Of a stretch of DNA of 64,000 nt, positions 25,787-40,906 are shown in pieces (the stretch's first letter is position 1; each line of letters opens with the position of its first letter). Below the pieces are notes generated by a model, which worked only from the letters and a program-made list of their open reading frames with translations, did not search any database and was not told the DNA's origin. Source of the stretch: Chrysomallon squamiferum (lineage: Eukaryota > Animalia > Mollusca); assembly GCA_012295275.1 (NCBI GenBank), contig CM022679.1, forward strand, positions 12,090,001 to 12,154,000. The letters run 5' to 3'. The position numbers were made by a program, and so were the translations under genes.

Positions 25787-28700
25787 TACAATTATCAAAC
25801 AAAAAGATCACCACTCAGTGGTTGTATTTTTAATTTACCCGTTGCTGTTATCAATCCATATAATTCAAACATTTATATGACTATGTAGGCCAATATATCT
25901 ATCTACTTGTGTATGTATGTTTATGCGTATAAATGTATATTTATGTGTATATATGCATGTGTATGTAGATGTACGTTTACGTATGAAAGTATGTAATCAA
26001 AATGTCCCTAAGTATCTCTTTATCATATATATATATATATATATATGTATAAATGTATATGCATATGTACATATACTCCTAAAAATAAATAAACCATAAG
26101 GGAAAACAACGAAAAAGCAATATTAAAATTTTATAATTATAAAATAATTCAAAATATTATCTGTAGTTTATTATGGTACATTAGTATGAAAATGCGTTTC
26201 ATATATATAAAATAAAACGCAGCTACTGCATATTATGATGATTATGCTTCGCAAAACCTCAACAAAAACTGTAAAATACAACTTGTAATAATAGCAGTTA
26301 CCAGCAGTGATAGAACATTTTCTTTTATGTCTTTTTTCCTATTAAGATTCCAGAAACATGAATCATCCTGGGACAGTCAGAACTGCTAGACTCGTTGCTG
26401 TAAATTGTTGCTATAAATCAGACTATTTAAAATAAACACAAAAGGACGTGTAGGTTTGAAACGCTTCACGATTTCTGCTATCTCTTAACTTGTTCGCTCT
26501 AATTTTCTAGGCGTATTAATATATTTAACGAAACAGCCAAATTCAATTTTCCACGGCGACAAATGAATGTCATCTCACTTTAAATGTTTGCCAACTGACT
26601 GCGACATCCAATAAACGCCGCGACCATCATTCATTTTTACAAAATACCGGTTTGGTCTTGTCAACAAGATGGATGTCCTCATCGCCCTTTCTTGATCTTA
26701 AAATTCAAAAGTATGACACATTTGGTAATATGTCTCTAAATTACTCTGTCTGACTCTACAACAGAGATAAATTTCGTCCCACGTTCCTGGTATTGCCTTG
26801 TCAAAACAAAATGATGAATCCCCAAATTGCCTTGTCAGGGAGTTGTGATAGATTTTGTTGTTGCTGCTTCTGTAATGAAAGTTGTGCCAGGAGAAATAAC
26901 AGTGGAGTCTGGATGACTAATGTGTGTGTAATGTGTTTGTGCCACTTGCAATATTACTTTCACTAACTCCTTCATCACTTTCACTCTCAGGTTATACAAC
27001 AGCCAAAAAATCCGCGACGCCAGATAAATTATTATTTCTGACTTAAGATTTGTTTCTGAAATCCTTAGTAATAAATATACATTTTATAATTACCTGACAA
27101 TGCAATAATTCGTAGTTATTATTTGTTACTGTAATTTATCATGATCATGATCATCATCATCATCATCATTATTATTATTATTATAGTTGTTGGTGGTGGT
27201 GGTCCTGCTGTCGTTGTTATTAATATTTATTTTAAAATAATCTAGAATTACAAAGAATAAGAGTTTTTAAAACTCATGGCACTGAACAAATTTGATGTCG
27301 TAAAAAGAACCAAGAATCTGCAGTTCTTCTTGACAGTAGTTCTGATTATACAGTATAAATATTTATATGGAAAGTATACTAGTTAAAATTATTAACAAAA
27401 TATTATTTTATATACTGTAAAACAAGTATTCACCAAGAATAAAATTTTCTCACTCATATAATTTTTCTCCCTCCATGGAAAGGAAAACAGACATATTTGT
27501 ACAACTTACAACAGATATACCAATTTTTCATATATATATATAGAGATGCATATATATTTTAAGTACAATACATATGTACGTAATCTGTACGTATATGTAA
27601 GTATATATATATAAGTATTCATGTATGTATGTGTTTATGTATGTATGTGTGTATATATGTATGTGTGTGTATGTATGTGTGTCTATGTATGTAAATATGT
27701 ATGTGTGTATGTATGTTTGTATGTATCTGTGTATGTATGTATGTATGTATGTATCTGTGTATGTATGTATGTATTTAATTATGTATGTATGCATCGATGG
27801 ACGGATGAATTTGTGAGCGTATCTGTGTGATTTAGTTATTGGTTTATTTTTACAATATTAATTTGTCTTTTTTTCATTGTCGTAATCTTTGCTAACGAAT
27901 CTGATAATGAATTTGCCAAATATATAATGAATGACGCTTATGGTAATCTTAATTACAATGAGAAAATGCTAACATTTCAATTAAATATAAGTTTGAAATC
28001 ATGGCCAAATATTTATTTCTAAAACCTCAGCTCGTATGATTTTAATCATCAGTAGCGATCAAAGAAATCGTAAAAATGTTCCTCTATAGAAGAGGCTTAG
28101 TTCTTTTGCGACCGTCTTCTTGAATAAACTTTCCAAACTTTAATCATTACTAGAAAAACGAAATAAACGATCTGCTCCTGTATCTAGATTCGACCATTCA
28201 ACCCTTAGAATCCTAGAAAAGAGTTCATGAAATGAATCTCATATCGTTCCCTTTGGAGGAGTAAAAAGAAGAAGATTGACAAAACTACTTTGAGACTTCT
28301 GTCTCAACTTGATGGACCTGTCAGTTGTTACGACCTTCGCGATCCACCGTACAGTTCCGATCTCGCAAAACTTGCAAATTCAATCTAATCCTAATATACT
28401 TGGTTCTATCGTGACAAGCTCATTGTCACTAGACTTGACAAATTACCTTCAGAACGAATCAAATTTGCTGTAAATCAACCTCGAATCTGTCGCAAATGTT
28501 CCCAGAGGTCGTAACATAGAATTTACCATTCAGCGTTGGCTCATCTATTTTATCCACTGCGGCCATCTCCAGTCATAAAAGCGGTCCAAGCCTTGCGATT
28601 TATTATCGCTTGATTGCACGCGCGTCCCATCTTTTTGATTTGACGAGGAAAGAGACAGTTAATAAGACTCAGAAACCATAATGAAGGCTCATGGGAACAA

Positions 28701-29075
28701 GCCTCTGTGATCCGTTCACTTGGAGTTATCTTTCCTTGAAATTTCAGATGCTAAATCTTTCGTTTTTTCTCTATTCTCTCTCAACTCATTCGGAAGCTTA
28801 TCTTGTCTGTTTGCCGTAATACAATAAGTTTTATGTATGTGACAGGAAAATCCATATTGATAGATAACAAAGAAAACATAGTTCTGCTATTTCAATATGT
28901 TCTATCTTTAATCATAACATAAAAACTTAATGATAGAAAGCAGGATAACATTTAAATATTTAAAATAAATGTGTGTGAAAGAGCGCTAACCTTTCTTGAT
29001 TATTCCATCTAAAGAATCTACAAAAGTGTTAAATGTCAAATAATAAGAAGAATATTAATATTAATAATAATAATA

Positions 29076-29118
<43 letters not shown>

Positions 29119-29134
29119 TAATAATAATAATAAT

Positions 29135-29168
<34 letters not shown>

Positions 29169-29448
29169 TCAAGATGATGATGATGGTGATGATGTTGCTC
29201 CTTATGTTGAAACAGCAGTAATAAAATAAAAAAGAACAATAAGTATAAAAACAACGTTTAATTCTACCATTGTTGAATACAGAATAAATATCTAGCATTA
29301 AAAGTAATTGGTGGAAGTCGTGGTTTTCCTCTGTACATTAATACAGCTATTTACCGTTCCAGCCAATTGCTCAGTATAGGTCTATAAAACACTTTAGTAT
29401 GCATTTTCCTGGAAAAGTGCAGCTTGATACTAGTAAGTATCAGAAGCC

Positions 29449-29542
<94 letters not shown>

Positions 29543-30025
29543 GCCTTCTTTCACACACGCACGCACGCACTCACATACCTACAAACAAACTATCCTTTTT
29601 ATTTTCCACGCATGAAGCATTAAAACAAAAATATATTAATTATCAAATGTGCATTTCAACTTCAAAATGATTACTTTGAGTGTCATTATGTTAAGCCCTC
29701 CCCCCCTAATCAGAGACATTACCATAAAAATGTCACGCTTTCATCATTCTCTACATATAATAATTACGTTTAGTTTCTAGTAGAGTCATAAGAGCAGTTT
29801 CTATCCCTTTGATCCCGATTCACCGTCCGCATCCAGAAACACTGAACTCTTTAATTTGACACATACGTATATCGTTAAGTCCAATTGTAAATAATCAAAC
29901 GTAATTTTAGCTGCACGCAAATGGAATAAATAGCGAGTTTTGTTGAAGCTTGTTATAAACTGGGCGACCAAATCACATACCAAGTTCTTTGATGTGACAG
30001 TCTTGTAATTGGCGACATGTTGGAC

Positions 30026-31207
30026 CTGTCTCATTTGGCTTATTTTGTCACAAATATACATCATTATGTTTTTCTGTACTATACTGTGTCTCATTCGGCT
30101 TGTTTTGTCACAAATATACATCATTTTGTTTTTCTGTACTATACTGTGTCTCATTCGGCTTGTTTTGTCACAAATATACATTATTTTGTTTGTCTGTACT
30201 ATACTTTGTCTTACTCTGTTTTGTCACAAATATACATCATTATGTTTGTCTGTACTATACTGTGTCTCACTCTGTTTTGTCACAAATATACATCATTTTG
30301 TTTGTCTGTACTATACTGTGTTTCACTTGGCTTATTTTGTCACAAATATACATCATTTTGTTTGTCTGTACTATACTTTGTCTCACTCTGTTTTGTCACA
30401 AATATAAATCATTTTGTTTGTCTGTACTATACTGTGTCTCACTCTGTTTTGTCACAAATATACATCATTTTGTTTGTCTGTACTATACTGTCTCACTCTG
30501 TTTTGTCACAAATATACATCATTATGTTTTTCTGTACTATACTGTGTCTCACTCGTCTTGTTTTGTCACAAATATACATCATTACGTTTTTTCTGTACTA
30601 TACTGTGTTTCACTTGGCTTATTTTGTCACAGATATACAACATTATGTTTTTCTGTACTATACTGTGTCTCACTCAGTTTAGTTTGTCACAAATATACAT
30701 CATTATGTTTTTCAGTACTATACTGTGTCTCATTCGGCTTGTTTTGTCACAAATATACATCATTTTGTTTGTCTGTACTATACTGTGTTTCACTCGGCTT
30801 GTTTTGTCACAAATATACATCATTTTGTTTGTCTGTACTGTACTTTGTCTCACTCTGTTTTGTCACAAATATACATCATTTTGTTTGTGTGTACTATACT
30901 GTGTTTCACTCGGCTTGTTTTGTCACAAATATACATCATTACGTTTTTCTGAACTATACTTTCTCACTTGGCTTATTTTGTCAAAAATATACATCATTAT
31001 GTTTTTCTGTACTATACTGTGTCTCACTCGGCTTATTTTGTCAAAAATATACATCATTATGTTTGTCTGTACTATACTGTTTCTCACTCGGCTTATTTTG
31101 TCAAAAATATACATCATTATGTTTGTCTGTACTATACTGTCTCTTACTCGGTTTGTTTTGTCACAAAGATGTAAGATTATGTTTGTCTGTACTATACTTG
31201 GCTTGTG
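30026..31207. repeat. Minisatellite, about 20 copies, mixing 60-bp and 56-bp units
   Basis: Unit tcacaaatatacatcatt(a/t)tgttt(t/g)tctgtactatactgtgtctca(c/t)tcggcttgttttg; short units lack 4 nt (cactctgtttt). It produces the repetitive ORFs at 29801-31584. Confidence 0.97.
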
Positions 31208-34078
31208 TAACACTTACTTTCATTAACCAGAGTTTGCATAGCAAAGCCACAATATTTTATAACATGATCTGGTATATCTGCCCGTCTGACCATTCATCTA
31301 TCTGTTCAAACATCCATATATCAGTCAGTCCATGTATTCTTAGGTTCAGGCATGCATACATACAAACATGTATACAGACAGACATGCATACAGATAGGCA
31401 TACATATAAACATACATACATATATACATACATACATACATACATACATACATACATACATACATACATACATACATACATACATACATACATACACCTA
31501 CCCACAAACATTGATGCATACACGAATGCAAGCACACACACTGTTTCAAAATTATATATATATATATCGGTTTTAATTATATAACGCTCCAGTGCACCTC
31601 ATTATTTACTTTAACATCCATGTAATACTTCAGTATCAACATCAATTGAAATACTCGTCATAGCGATAATTATTCGATAGCTTCATCACCATCATATAAT
31701 TATTGCACTTTAGTTTACTGCATCAGAGCAGAGTAATGAAAATACGATATAAATTGCACGTGAAGACAGTGAGCGCTCCAGAAGACGACAACGTGTCGCA
31801 GATCTGACGTGTTACAACGACGCTGTCAGGTCGCCACTTCGCACTCGTTCTATTGACATGTTTTATAATTCAAGCCTTTGGAGATCTCCATCGGCAAATT
31901 TCCTGATAAATCTCGACATTACCACACAGAAAATAAAATTAACATGAGCATTAATGATTGACATGAGTGGCACTCCGGACAATGAACGAAGAATAATTGA
32001 GCTGCGATTAGGTTATCTTGTCAGTGTAAACTGGCAGGCTATTTTTCCATTGCAATGGATCTTTACAATTAGGCACGAGGGACTAGAAAGCTAGACTTAT
32101 TGGCACCAGGGATTTTAATTCCGTGGTTATCACGCTGTAATATAAATGTCTTGAAAACAGAGACATTAAGGAAAAAAAAAAAAAAAAAAAGATTTTTTTT
32201 TCTTCAAAAATGGAAGTCTTCTTCGTGGTATATCTGATAGGGTAACTTAATGGTAACTTAATGATAATAATCTTGAAGCACAGCAAGACAAAATACATGA
32301 ATATTTTTGTATGTTTTCATCTGATATAATAATGCTTGCTGCCTAAAACGGCGCCCATGTTATTTGATTACGTAACCACATGAAATCACTGATACTATCA
32401 TCTCTATTAAACTAGTTTAATAAGGTCTTCGCTTCACTGCTTTAATAAAAGGTTAGTATCTAACAACAGCATATTCTGTTAATATGTTGTTTTCTTTGTT
32501 GTTGTTCTTTCAAACGATCATTCATATCAGATTTATTCCGTCCGCCTAGATAAATGACACATCAAAACGTTACTAAATTTTGCTAGGTGTCAAACAATCA
32601 TTTTTTTGCATAACGCTGATAAGAGAAAGAATACTGCTGCGACCATTGCACAGACTGCTCTTATCAGTCAGAAGCATGTCGTTTTACTTTATTTTTTTTT
32701 TTTTTCACAGACAGGATTCTGACAAGATGGTGCATAAAAACGATTGAAACAAACGTTTATTTATTTTCTTTTTTTTTGTTAGAACTAAACTAAACAACAG
32801 AAGCTTTGTAAAAAGTTATAAATAATGAAAAAAAAAAAAAAAAAAAAAAAGAAAGAAAGAAAAAAAAAAAAGAAACGAAAAGAAACAAAAAGAAAAGAAA
32901 GAAAAAAAAAAAAAAAACAAACGAAAAGAAACAAAAAAGAAAGAAAGAAAATGAAAGAAAAGAATAAAGAAGCGCAAAGTTCCTGCTCTGCTTATTAATC
33001 CGAATAATTAAACAACAGGACCTTTCATCTTTTCCCCACAGACAGTGTCTGAGAACAGAACTCTAACCGAGAAGCGAAGATCGTATGATCTATCACGCCT
33101 ATGTAAATCTATTTGTTGTTAATGGCCTACAAAAAACTGGTTTGATGAACCGCGTGTACGTCGGCTTGTTTAATAGTCCAGTGTAGATTCTAAATTTGAT
33201 GTGCATGCTCAGATGGTAACTTTAGATTTAATTGTAGACAATGAAGATTGGAATACAGATTGTATTATGGAAATTTGGTTTCGGTTTAGACCCTATCCGA
33301 GACTACCCCCACTTACTAAGATAGAGTACATCATTATAAATCAAGGCGTCAGTACTTTACAAACGTACTTGAATAACTGTCGCACATTTGACCCTCCTAT
33401 TGTCTGTTAGAATTAAATGTATTAGCTGCACGTCAAAGAACACGATCCATTAACTCTTATGGTGATCAGTATCGGTATATATATATTAAAATTTAAGTTC
33501 AAATTAAATAAAGTCAAAAAGAAAGAAAGAAAGAATAAAGATTATTAAAACAAATAATGAAATGAAAAGTAATGATAACAGAATAAAAGCAGCTCTCAGT
33601 AACATAATTTCGCATCTACCAACCCAGCAATATCGTAACATTATCAGCAAAAACTATTCCAAAGAAACCACACAATCCTCTTACCATAAAGAAAAATTTA
33701 AATAAATAAACAAATACCCAATAGACAAAAAAAAAAAAAAAAAAAAAAAAAATTAGCACACGACAAGACTTGATCCTAAGAACACCGGAATATCAAGCAA
33801 ACTCTGAACAATGTACTTACACTGTGAGATGTTACTGTTATGCTAAATGAGATAAATATCTCGAGGAAAACACTTACCAAACATAATAAAATAGAAAAAA
33901 TAAAAGAAAAAAAAAAAATAATATACAACAGTCGCCTGAAAAGACTCGATCCTGAAAACCCTAGCGCTACGAACAAACACATCCCCCACCTCGACCCATT
34001 TACCGACAGTTTGAGATGTAATCGCCATGGTAAACGAGGTAATGATCTCGAGGAAAACACCTAGCAAGGACGTTTTGC

Positions 34079-34307
34079 TAAATTAGAAAAATACCTCTTC
34101 CTTTGCGGAGATCAAACGTCTCGAGTTTTGACAAGAAGTGTTATCTACTGACAGCTGCGGTCCCGGAGTAGTGCGCCAAATGACGGATCTACAGCCCACC
34201 CTGACAGAAACCTTTCATCATTCTGGCATTTGGAACCATGTCAGTAATTATTTCTGTGAGCCGTTCTGACAGATGAAGTCAGGAAAGATTTCATATCGAA
34301 TCAATCA
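34079..34307. promoter_or_regulatory. Duplicated non-coding element, copy 1 (enhancer-like or structured)
   Basis: Collinear blocks shared with 48708-48957, including the exact 16-mer CTGACAGATGAAGTCA followed by AAGATTTCA and ATCAATCA. Homology is seen directly; function is inferred. Confidence 0.5.
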
Positions 34308-34524
34308 TCCCTCTTATGAATCCATTTTGCTGTCTGCTACACATAGTGTGCATATAATTGCGCGAGTGTTTTATCTCGAGGCAGAATGAAGCTGCTTTCA
34401 GTTCTCTGATTACCAGCTGAGATTTTCTTTTTTTTCTCTCTCTGCGTTTTTGTTTTTACGCTCTGACGTCATGTGTGTGTAATTATGCGTTTCTCTAAGT
34501 GTGTATATTTGTGTGTATGTTTGT

Positions 34525-34615
<91 letters not shown>

Positions 34616-35320
34616 TTCTCTCCTGTTTATCTTCTTTTTTTCCCCAAGAAAACTAGTAAGTATGTATGAGATGTGTGAGCTGGGTGCAGATATGTGAGTT
34701 TATCAGTGCCCAAATATGTCTCTGTGTATGTATGCAAAGCAGACGACAGTGAGCACTTACATTCATTTGTGTATAAATAAATATGTCTGTACTCATGAAT
34801 TATCAGTAATATACATATATATATATATGTGTGTGGGTGTTTGTGTGTGTGTGTGTGTGTGTGTGCGTGTGTGTGAGAATATGTATATTTGTAAATATGT
34901 TTTCAGATTAATAACAGATATCTAATTATTTTCGTATGTTTTTACATGCGCGTGCTTGGGTGTCTGTGTGTATATTTATTTATCCACATTCTTCTTTCAT
35001 AACTTTTAAAGTAAAATTGAAAAAAAGATACTTTTAGGAGAAGAATAAATAATTAAAAAAAACCACAATTACAAATATTCAACTGTACGTACGTATATCG
35101 TATGTATGTATATATGTATATATAATATATATATATGCATTCACACATACACACACATACACACACATATATTCATACATACACACACACAGACACACAT
35201 ATACACATACATATATATAGAGATATAGATATATATATATATATATATGTGTGTGTATATGTATATATATATGTGTGTGTGTCTGTGTGTGTCTGTGTGA
35301 ATGCATATATGTATGTAGCA

Positions 35321-35351
<31 letters not shown>

Positions 35352-36672
35352 AAGTATACATTTATTTAGGTGTTTTGTACATACACTACGGTATGACTTT
35401 AACCTGAGTACTGAACTTAGACGACGTATTTGACGCATCTCTCGAGACATCACTAACGTACTCAATTACTGGGATTTGTTACCGGTAAATCCACTTCCGC
35501 AAATCCCTAGTTTTGTTAATGGCCTGGTTGAACGAGTAAATTCCAGCCAGCAGTCCTTTCCATTTAAGTCAGAATTACAAACATCTTCGTGGTTTTAAAC
35601 GTAAGCTTCGTTGATGCAAGCCGCTGACAGCAGACGACAATTTGTCTCGTGCAACTTACTATTATTTTTTCAGGTATCAGGAGATTCGTTAGTATGTGTG
35701 CGATGTATACGCATTTCTTTGAACGTGTGCGTGAACACATACGTGCATAGCTATACGTGCTAAAATCTATTGAACGTTTGTTATTCAGTCTTTCTTTTTT
35801 GTACCGATGAAATTTAAACTTTATTTTATTGTGGTTTTGTTTTTTGGTGTTTTTTTTTGTTTTTTTCAAAATAATACTAAATTCTCTCCATAATCAAGTT
35901 TTGTTTAGTGTTTTTTTTTTAAATGTCTGACTAGTTCTCTTATATGTATATGAACGAGTCATATAAATCCACTTTTGTTCTTTGCCTATAAATTACTTTA
36001 CATATATATAAGAAAGAAAGTCAGTAGACTGATTTTCAATGTTTCGATCTGAGTCGACAAATCGAGACAGTAATTACGTCTTTCGCTTATTGCCTGTATC
36101 TTATTTCGGTTTATTTTCGCGGCATGGTATAAATACTCTTGCGCTGTCGTTGAATTTGGAAATCCATGCTCCTACCTTAATCTATTATTTCAGTAAACTA
36201 TAATTAATACAGGACTGTTAGGAGCATGATTTATGTGACCTAGTATCTTTGAACTATTAGATGAAATAAATGACAAACCAGAACAGATAGTAACAGCTTT
36301 TAATGTAACATACTGGTGGGGTTTTTTTTGGTTTTTTTTTCCTTTGACATAATTATATACTGGCAAACATATAAATGGATAGACAGATAGATAAACTGAT
36401 AGAGAGACAGAGAGACAGACAGGCAGACAGACAGATAGATTTAAATAGTAATCACCTTTCCAGTAGAATATCCAAACAGAAACATCTTTAAAATTAAAAA
36501 CCTGACGAAGTGTCTAAAGAAACGATAAACATTCAGTTATAAATAAATAACAAGTTAAGAAATCTAAACTGAAGTTGGATCTGTTTTATTGTAGTTGTTC
36601 TTTGTTTTGTTTTTTTTGTTCTTTCGGGGGAGGGGCTATTCTTTTATCTGTTTGGCTGATAGATGCACATAA

Positions 36673-36779
36673 CATACATACATACATACATACATACATA
36701 CATACATACATACATACATACATACATACATACATACATACATACATACATACATACATACACATACATACATACATAC
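36673..36779. repeat. (TACA)n / (TATG)n tetranucleotide microsatellite
   Basis: Seen directly. Others lie at about 2018-2105, 27620-27790, 31410-31495, 38585-38692 and 44340-44400. Confidence 0.95.
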
Positions 36780-37715
36780 GTAGACCAAAATACAGAGACT
36801 AGAGACAGACAAAAGGTAGACAAAACATACACACATAATATACAAATATTCACACAATAATACATACATATATATATATATACGTACATAAATGCATGCA
36901 CACATACACACAAGACAGATACGTACGTATATTTTGTTTCATTTGAAATATCTTAGGCTGTGTCTAAGTGACATGCACGCTGCTCGTAAACACGAAACTC
37001 CAATCTATTTTTACTTTTACATCAACCCACATTAACACCAGAAATTCTCTATTAATACATCACTAGACGCTATTGTCGACGCATTCGTTATGTCTAATTG
37101 TTTCACAAATATCACTTCTCAGCAGTTTCAGCGAATTTGATTTGATTAATAGCTAGTCCTGTCATTAAAAAACAAGAAATCGTTCTCTCAGACGACACCG
37201 TTTGCGACTATGCGTCGGCAACAAGCAAAGTGAAGCTAAAAATGACAAGTTTTGTTCATTAACATACGAAACGAAACCACCTTCTGAGTATGATTGATGG
37301 CTGTATATCGTGGTGCCGTAAATCATCAGGTAATAACTGGTGACATCGAAAATGCTGAAATCACACACCATTGTGCAACATAAGCCGATACATGATCAAA
37401 AGCCTGGCTGTTTCAATTTGGCGATAAAAACACGCAAATCCATTTGATTAATTGCGTTTGTCTTTCTCAACAAGTTTTTTAATGTTGCTTTTTCACTTTT
37501 TTTTTTTACCTCTTCTCTTTCACATTTGATGAATTACGTGAATCATACTCGTTAGGATAATATAGTCACTGGATATCTATACACAGAGGCGCGCACAGAT
37601 AGAAATATAAAACAGACAGATAATCATGCATAAACGTAAATGTATCTGTGTTTGTGTGTATGTCTTCATTATAAACAATACAAAATAATTGCATTGATAA
37701 AATACCTACGTAATA

Positions 37716-37748
<33 letters not shown>

Positions 37749-38581
37749 GTGCGTAAAAGCATACGTATAAATATATACACAGTCAAAAACATACAGATAC
37801 AAAAACAAAAAACAAAATAATACATTTGCTACTTAAAAATTTGATTCTCAGATTAGAAGATAAATATCGGGAGAAGCAAGAAAACAGAAAAAGAAAATAA
37901 AACATTAACATAAACAACAACAGAAAAAAAGAGAGAAAAACAGACAAACTAAAACATAAACAGAGGAACCGGTTACACAATTATGTCTTTCTACTCTGTA
38001 AAATCTTCGTTTTAAACGTTGACGACGTCAGATTCACACAGATCGAAAACAAAACAGTGTCATTCATTATACGAGCTTTATTTTCCTTTCTAACAGATGT
38101 TCTCGTACTGTTTCCAAACATTCATAATTATATTTGTAAGAGTATGAAATGTTCGACATCCAATAGGAGGCATGAAAAATGAAACGACTGCAGAAAACGG
38201 CTATGGCTTTTTCAGAAGTAGCTAAAAACAGGTAAAAAGAATGAACATAGTATATACACCACAGACAGACAGCCTTGTAATATAGTAAACCCTCCACGCA
38301 TGTACATATATACCGAATAGAAAAAAAGAAAAACAGTTTAAATGTTCAAAAAATATTGAAAACAAAACAATATGATAAAACAAAGAGAATCAATATAGGA
38401 GGACAAAAATTCTCTATGAACGAAACAAAACAAACAAACAAAAACAAATATATAAATAAATAAATACATTTTCTTTTCTAAATAAATTTAATCTTTAATA
38501 TAATAAGATGATGTGGTGTGCTATAATTTGATTAAAGTGATCCAACGATCTGTGATGCCTCTGTTATATAATGTTATATAC

Positions 38582-38614
<33 letters not shown>

Positions 38615-39572
38615 TGTATGTATGTATGTATGTATGTATGTATGTATGTATGTATGTATGTATGTATGTATGTTTGTATGTATGTATGTATGAATTATTT
38701 TTCTGTTTGTTTGAAGCATCTCCCACTGAAATCATTCAGTTTAATAATTCTACACTTCATAATCTTCAAAAGATTCTGACGTTTCATATTTTTGATCCGA
38801 GGTCTTCAACATAAAGCTCAGTAAAACACGTATCTCATTGATATTAATTCCACATCCTACAAACAAAAGATTTATTACCATCTTGATTTATGGTACCTTT
38901 AAAAGTATCATTGAGGGATAATTACAGACGAGATTGGCCACTGCACATGATAATGTAATGATAATGGCCCCATTCGCAAATAAATCAAGCCCGAATAGCC
39001 TTCGTTTCAAATGCATTTAACTTGCGCGTGTGCTTGTGCAAGGATTTTTATTGATCTATGGGTTCTGAGATACATTATGCGATTGTCCTTGCAGTTTGAA
39101 ATGCAATTTGACGTTACTGGATGTCGCAATAAATCAAAATATTAGGTTTATGATCTTAGTGAATTATTAATATTTATCCTAGACAAGTAATAAGAAAGCG
39201 TAATGGATTTTCTGAAAGACTGGGTTTTTATAATACAAATTATAATTATAGCGTGATTGAAAATAATAATTCTAAGACATCGTTAAGGAAAAAAAATCGA
39301 GATAAAAGATTTTGAAATGTAGAAGCGTACGACACAGCGATTGTCCAAATGTTCACCCGTCAGTTCATCCCGTCTTACATCCATTCACTAATACTTTAGT
39401 CTGTGCTTCCGTTCAGCCGTCTAGACAGGCTTACAGTCAGCTAGAGACAAATAAATAATGTATTTAACGTGAGATGTGTTCCGCTTTAAATATCTGTTAT
39501 TAACTGTTAAATCATTTAAGTTCTGTTAAATTGGAAAAAATAAATTGAAACAGCATTTGATACAGTCTTCTT

Positions 39573-39950
39573 AAAGTACTGATTAAAATAGGAAACAGAT
39601 ACTCTATTCATAACGTTCTGATTGGAGTGTGAACTAAAGACATATTCGTTAAGTATTGATTGGAATGGGAAATAGAAATACTGTTCATAAAGTATTGACT
39701 AGAATGGGAAATAGAAACACTCTTCATAAAGTATTGATTGGAGTGTGAAATAGAAATACTATTCACAACTGGAATGGATAATTTATAAATTTCTCACTGG
39801 AATGAGAAACAGATGTACTAATTTAGAAATACGAAATAGATAGGGTATTCGTAAAGTTTTGGTTGGGATGTAAAATTCCTACAGCATTCATAATGCACTG
39901 ATTGAACTCAGAAACTCATATACCATTCATAAAGTACTGGCTGAAATAGA
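39573..39950. repeat. Diverged ~39-bp tandem repeat, about 9 copies
   Basis: Consensus aaagtattgattggaatgggaaatagaaatactgttcat; three central copies are well conserved and the flanking copies are decayed. Confidence 0.8.
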
Positions 39951-40251
39951 CAATGTCACACACGAATAGATTTATCCTGCAGACTTATATACAGAATAAA
40001 AATCCGTCCAGTGATTTCAGTCAGAAAAAAAAAAGGAGAGGATACTGATATCATTATAAAGAACAAATAGTATTAGTTATGTATCTGTCAGGAACAGTTC
40101 ACAAAATTTCATAATAAAATCATAGAAGGTAACATCACCATTCTTCAGTGATGTTAACATTTAGAGATATTTTCTTAAAACAGATCTTTGTGCTTTAGCA
40201 AACAGCGAAAATGTTAAGCATCCGTATTTACTGAACTACTAGAATGAATGT

Positions 40252-40340
40252 AGGGCGTGTCGCTTAAATACATATATTGACGTGAATGGTGTGAATATCT
40301 AGCCCCAAGACATTACAGGTTCGATTCCCGTGGATTACTT
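40252..40340 (+). mobile_element. tRNA-like / SINE head relic
   Basis: Clear B-box ggttcgattccc at about 40318-40329; the upstream A-box is degenerate and there is no cloverleaf. Confidence 0.35.
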
Positions 40341-40863
40341 CACAGCTATACAAATATCTGGTCCAGAACATCTGTTGATTTACATTACACACTGATGAAT
40401 TTCCTTCCGGGTGAATCCGCGCAACGTGCAACCGAAATAAATTAGCTAGAAAATGACTTTAACAGAACGAACGTTTCCAACCCTTGGACAGTCCTTCTCG
40501 ATGATTCATACTCTCAGGCTGGCCATTTGGTGTTGAATCCTGGTTTTGCGCAGGTCAAAAGTTTGAACCAAACATTATTGCAAACATTCTTATTTTTTTA
40601 TTGAGAATGGAAACATGAGAGAGCTTGGCATACTACACGCGGTCATAAAACCTATCGTATAACATTTCGCATAATTTTCTGTAATGACATTGCAATAAAT
40701 CTTCATTTGATACAAATTGCTGGATTAATTTATTTTATTATGTGCGTTTTCTTTTGAGATATTGGACTTATAATAGCTTGTTGTGTATAATAGCTATAAT
40801 TATTCGCAATAAAATATTAGAGTGTTTTTGACAGAAAAAAATGGGTCACAGTGACCGAGTAAG

Positions 40864-40906
<43 letters not shown>

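Noticed and set aside
30026-31207. CRISPR-like periodicity
   Set aside because: Units are contiguous with no unique spacers, there are no cas genes, and the context is eukaryotic.
29801-31584. Long ORFs of 494, 270, 221 and 132 aa with Cys/Tyr-rich repeats
   Set aside because: They are open in several frames and on both strands purely because of the 60/56-bp minisatellite and the adjacent (TACA)n; unit-length changes shift the frame and there are no splice or start signals.
34079-34307. Possibility that the duplicated element is a coding exon pair, a hammerhead ribozyme or a SECIS
   Set aside because: No shared reading frame found and spacer lengths differ. There is no CTGATGA...GAAA core with flanking stems and no SECIS-type quartet with apical AA geometry.
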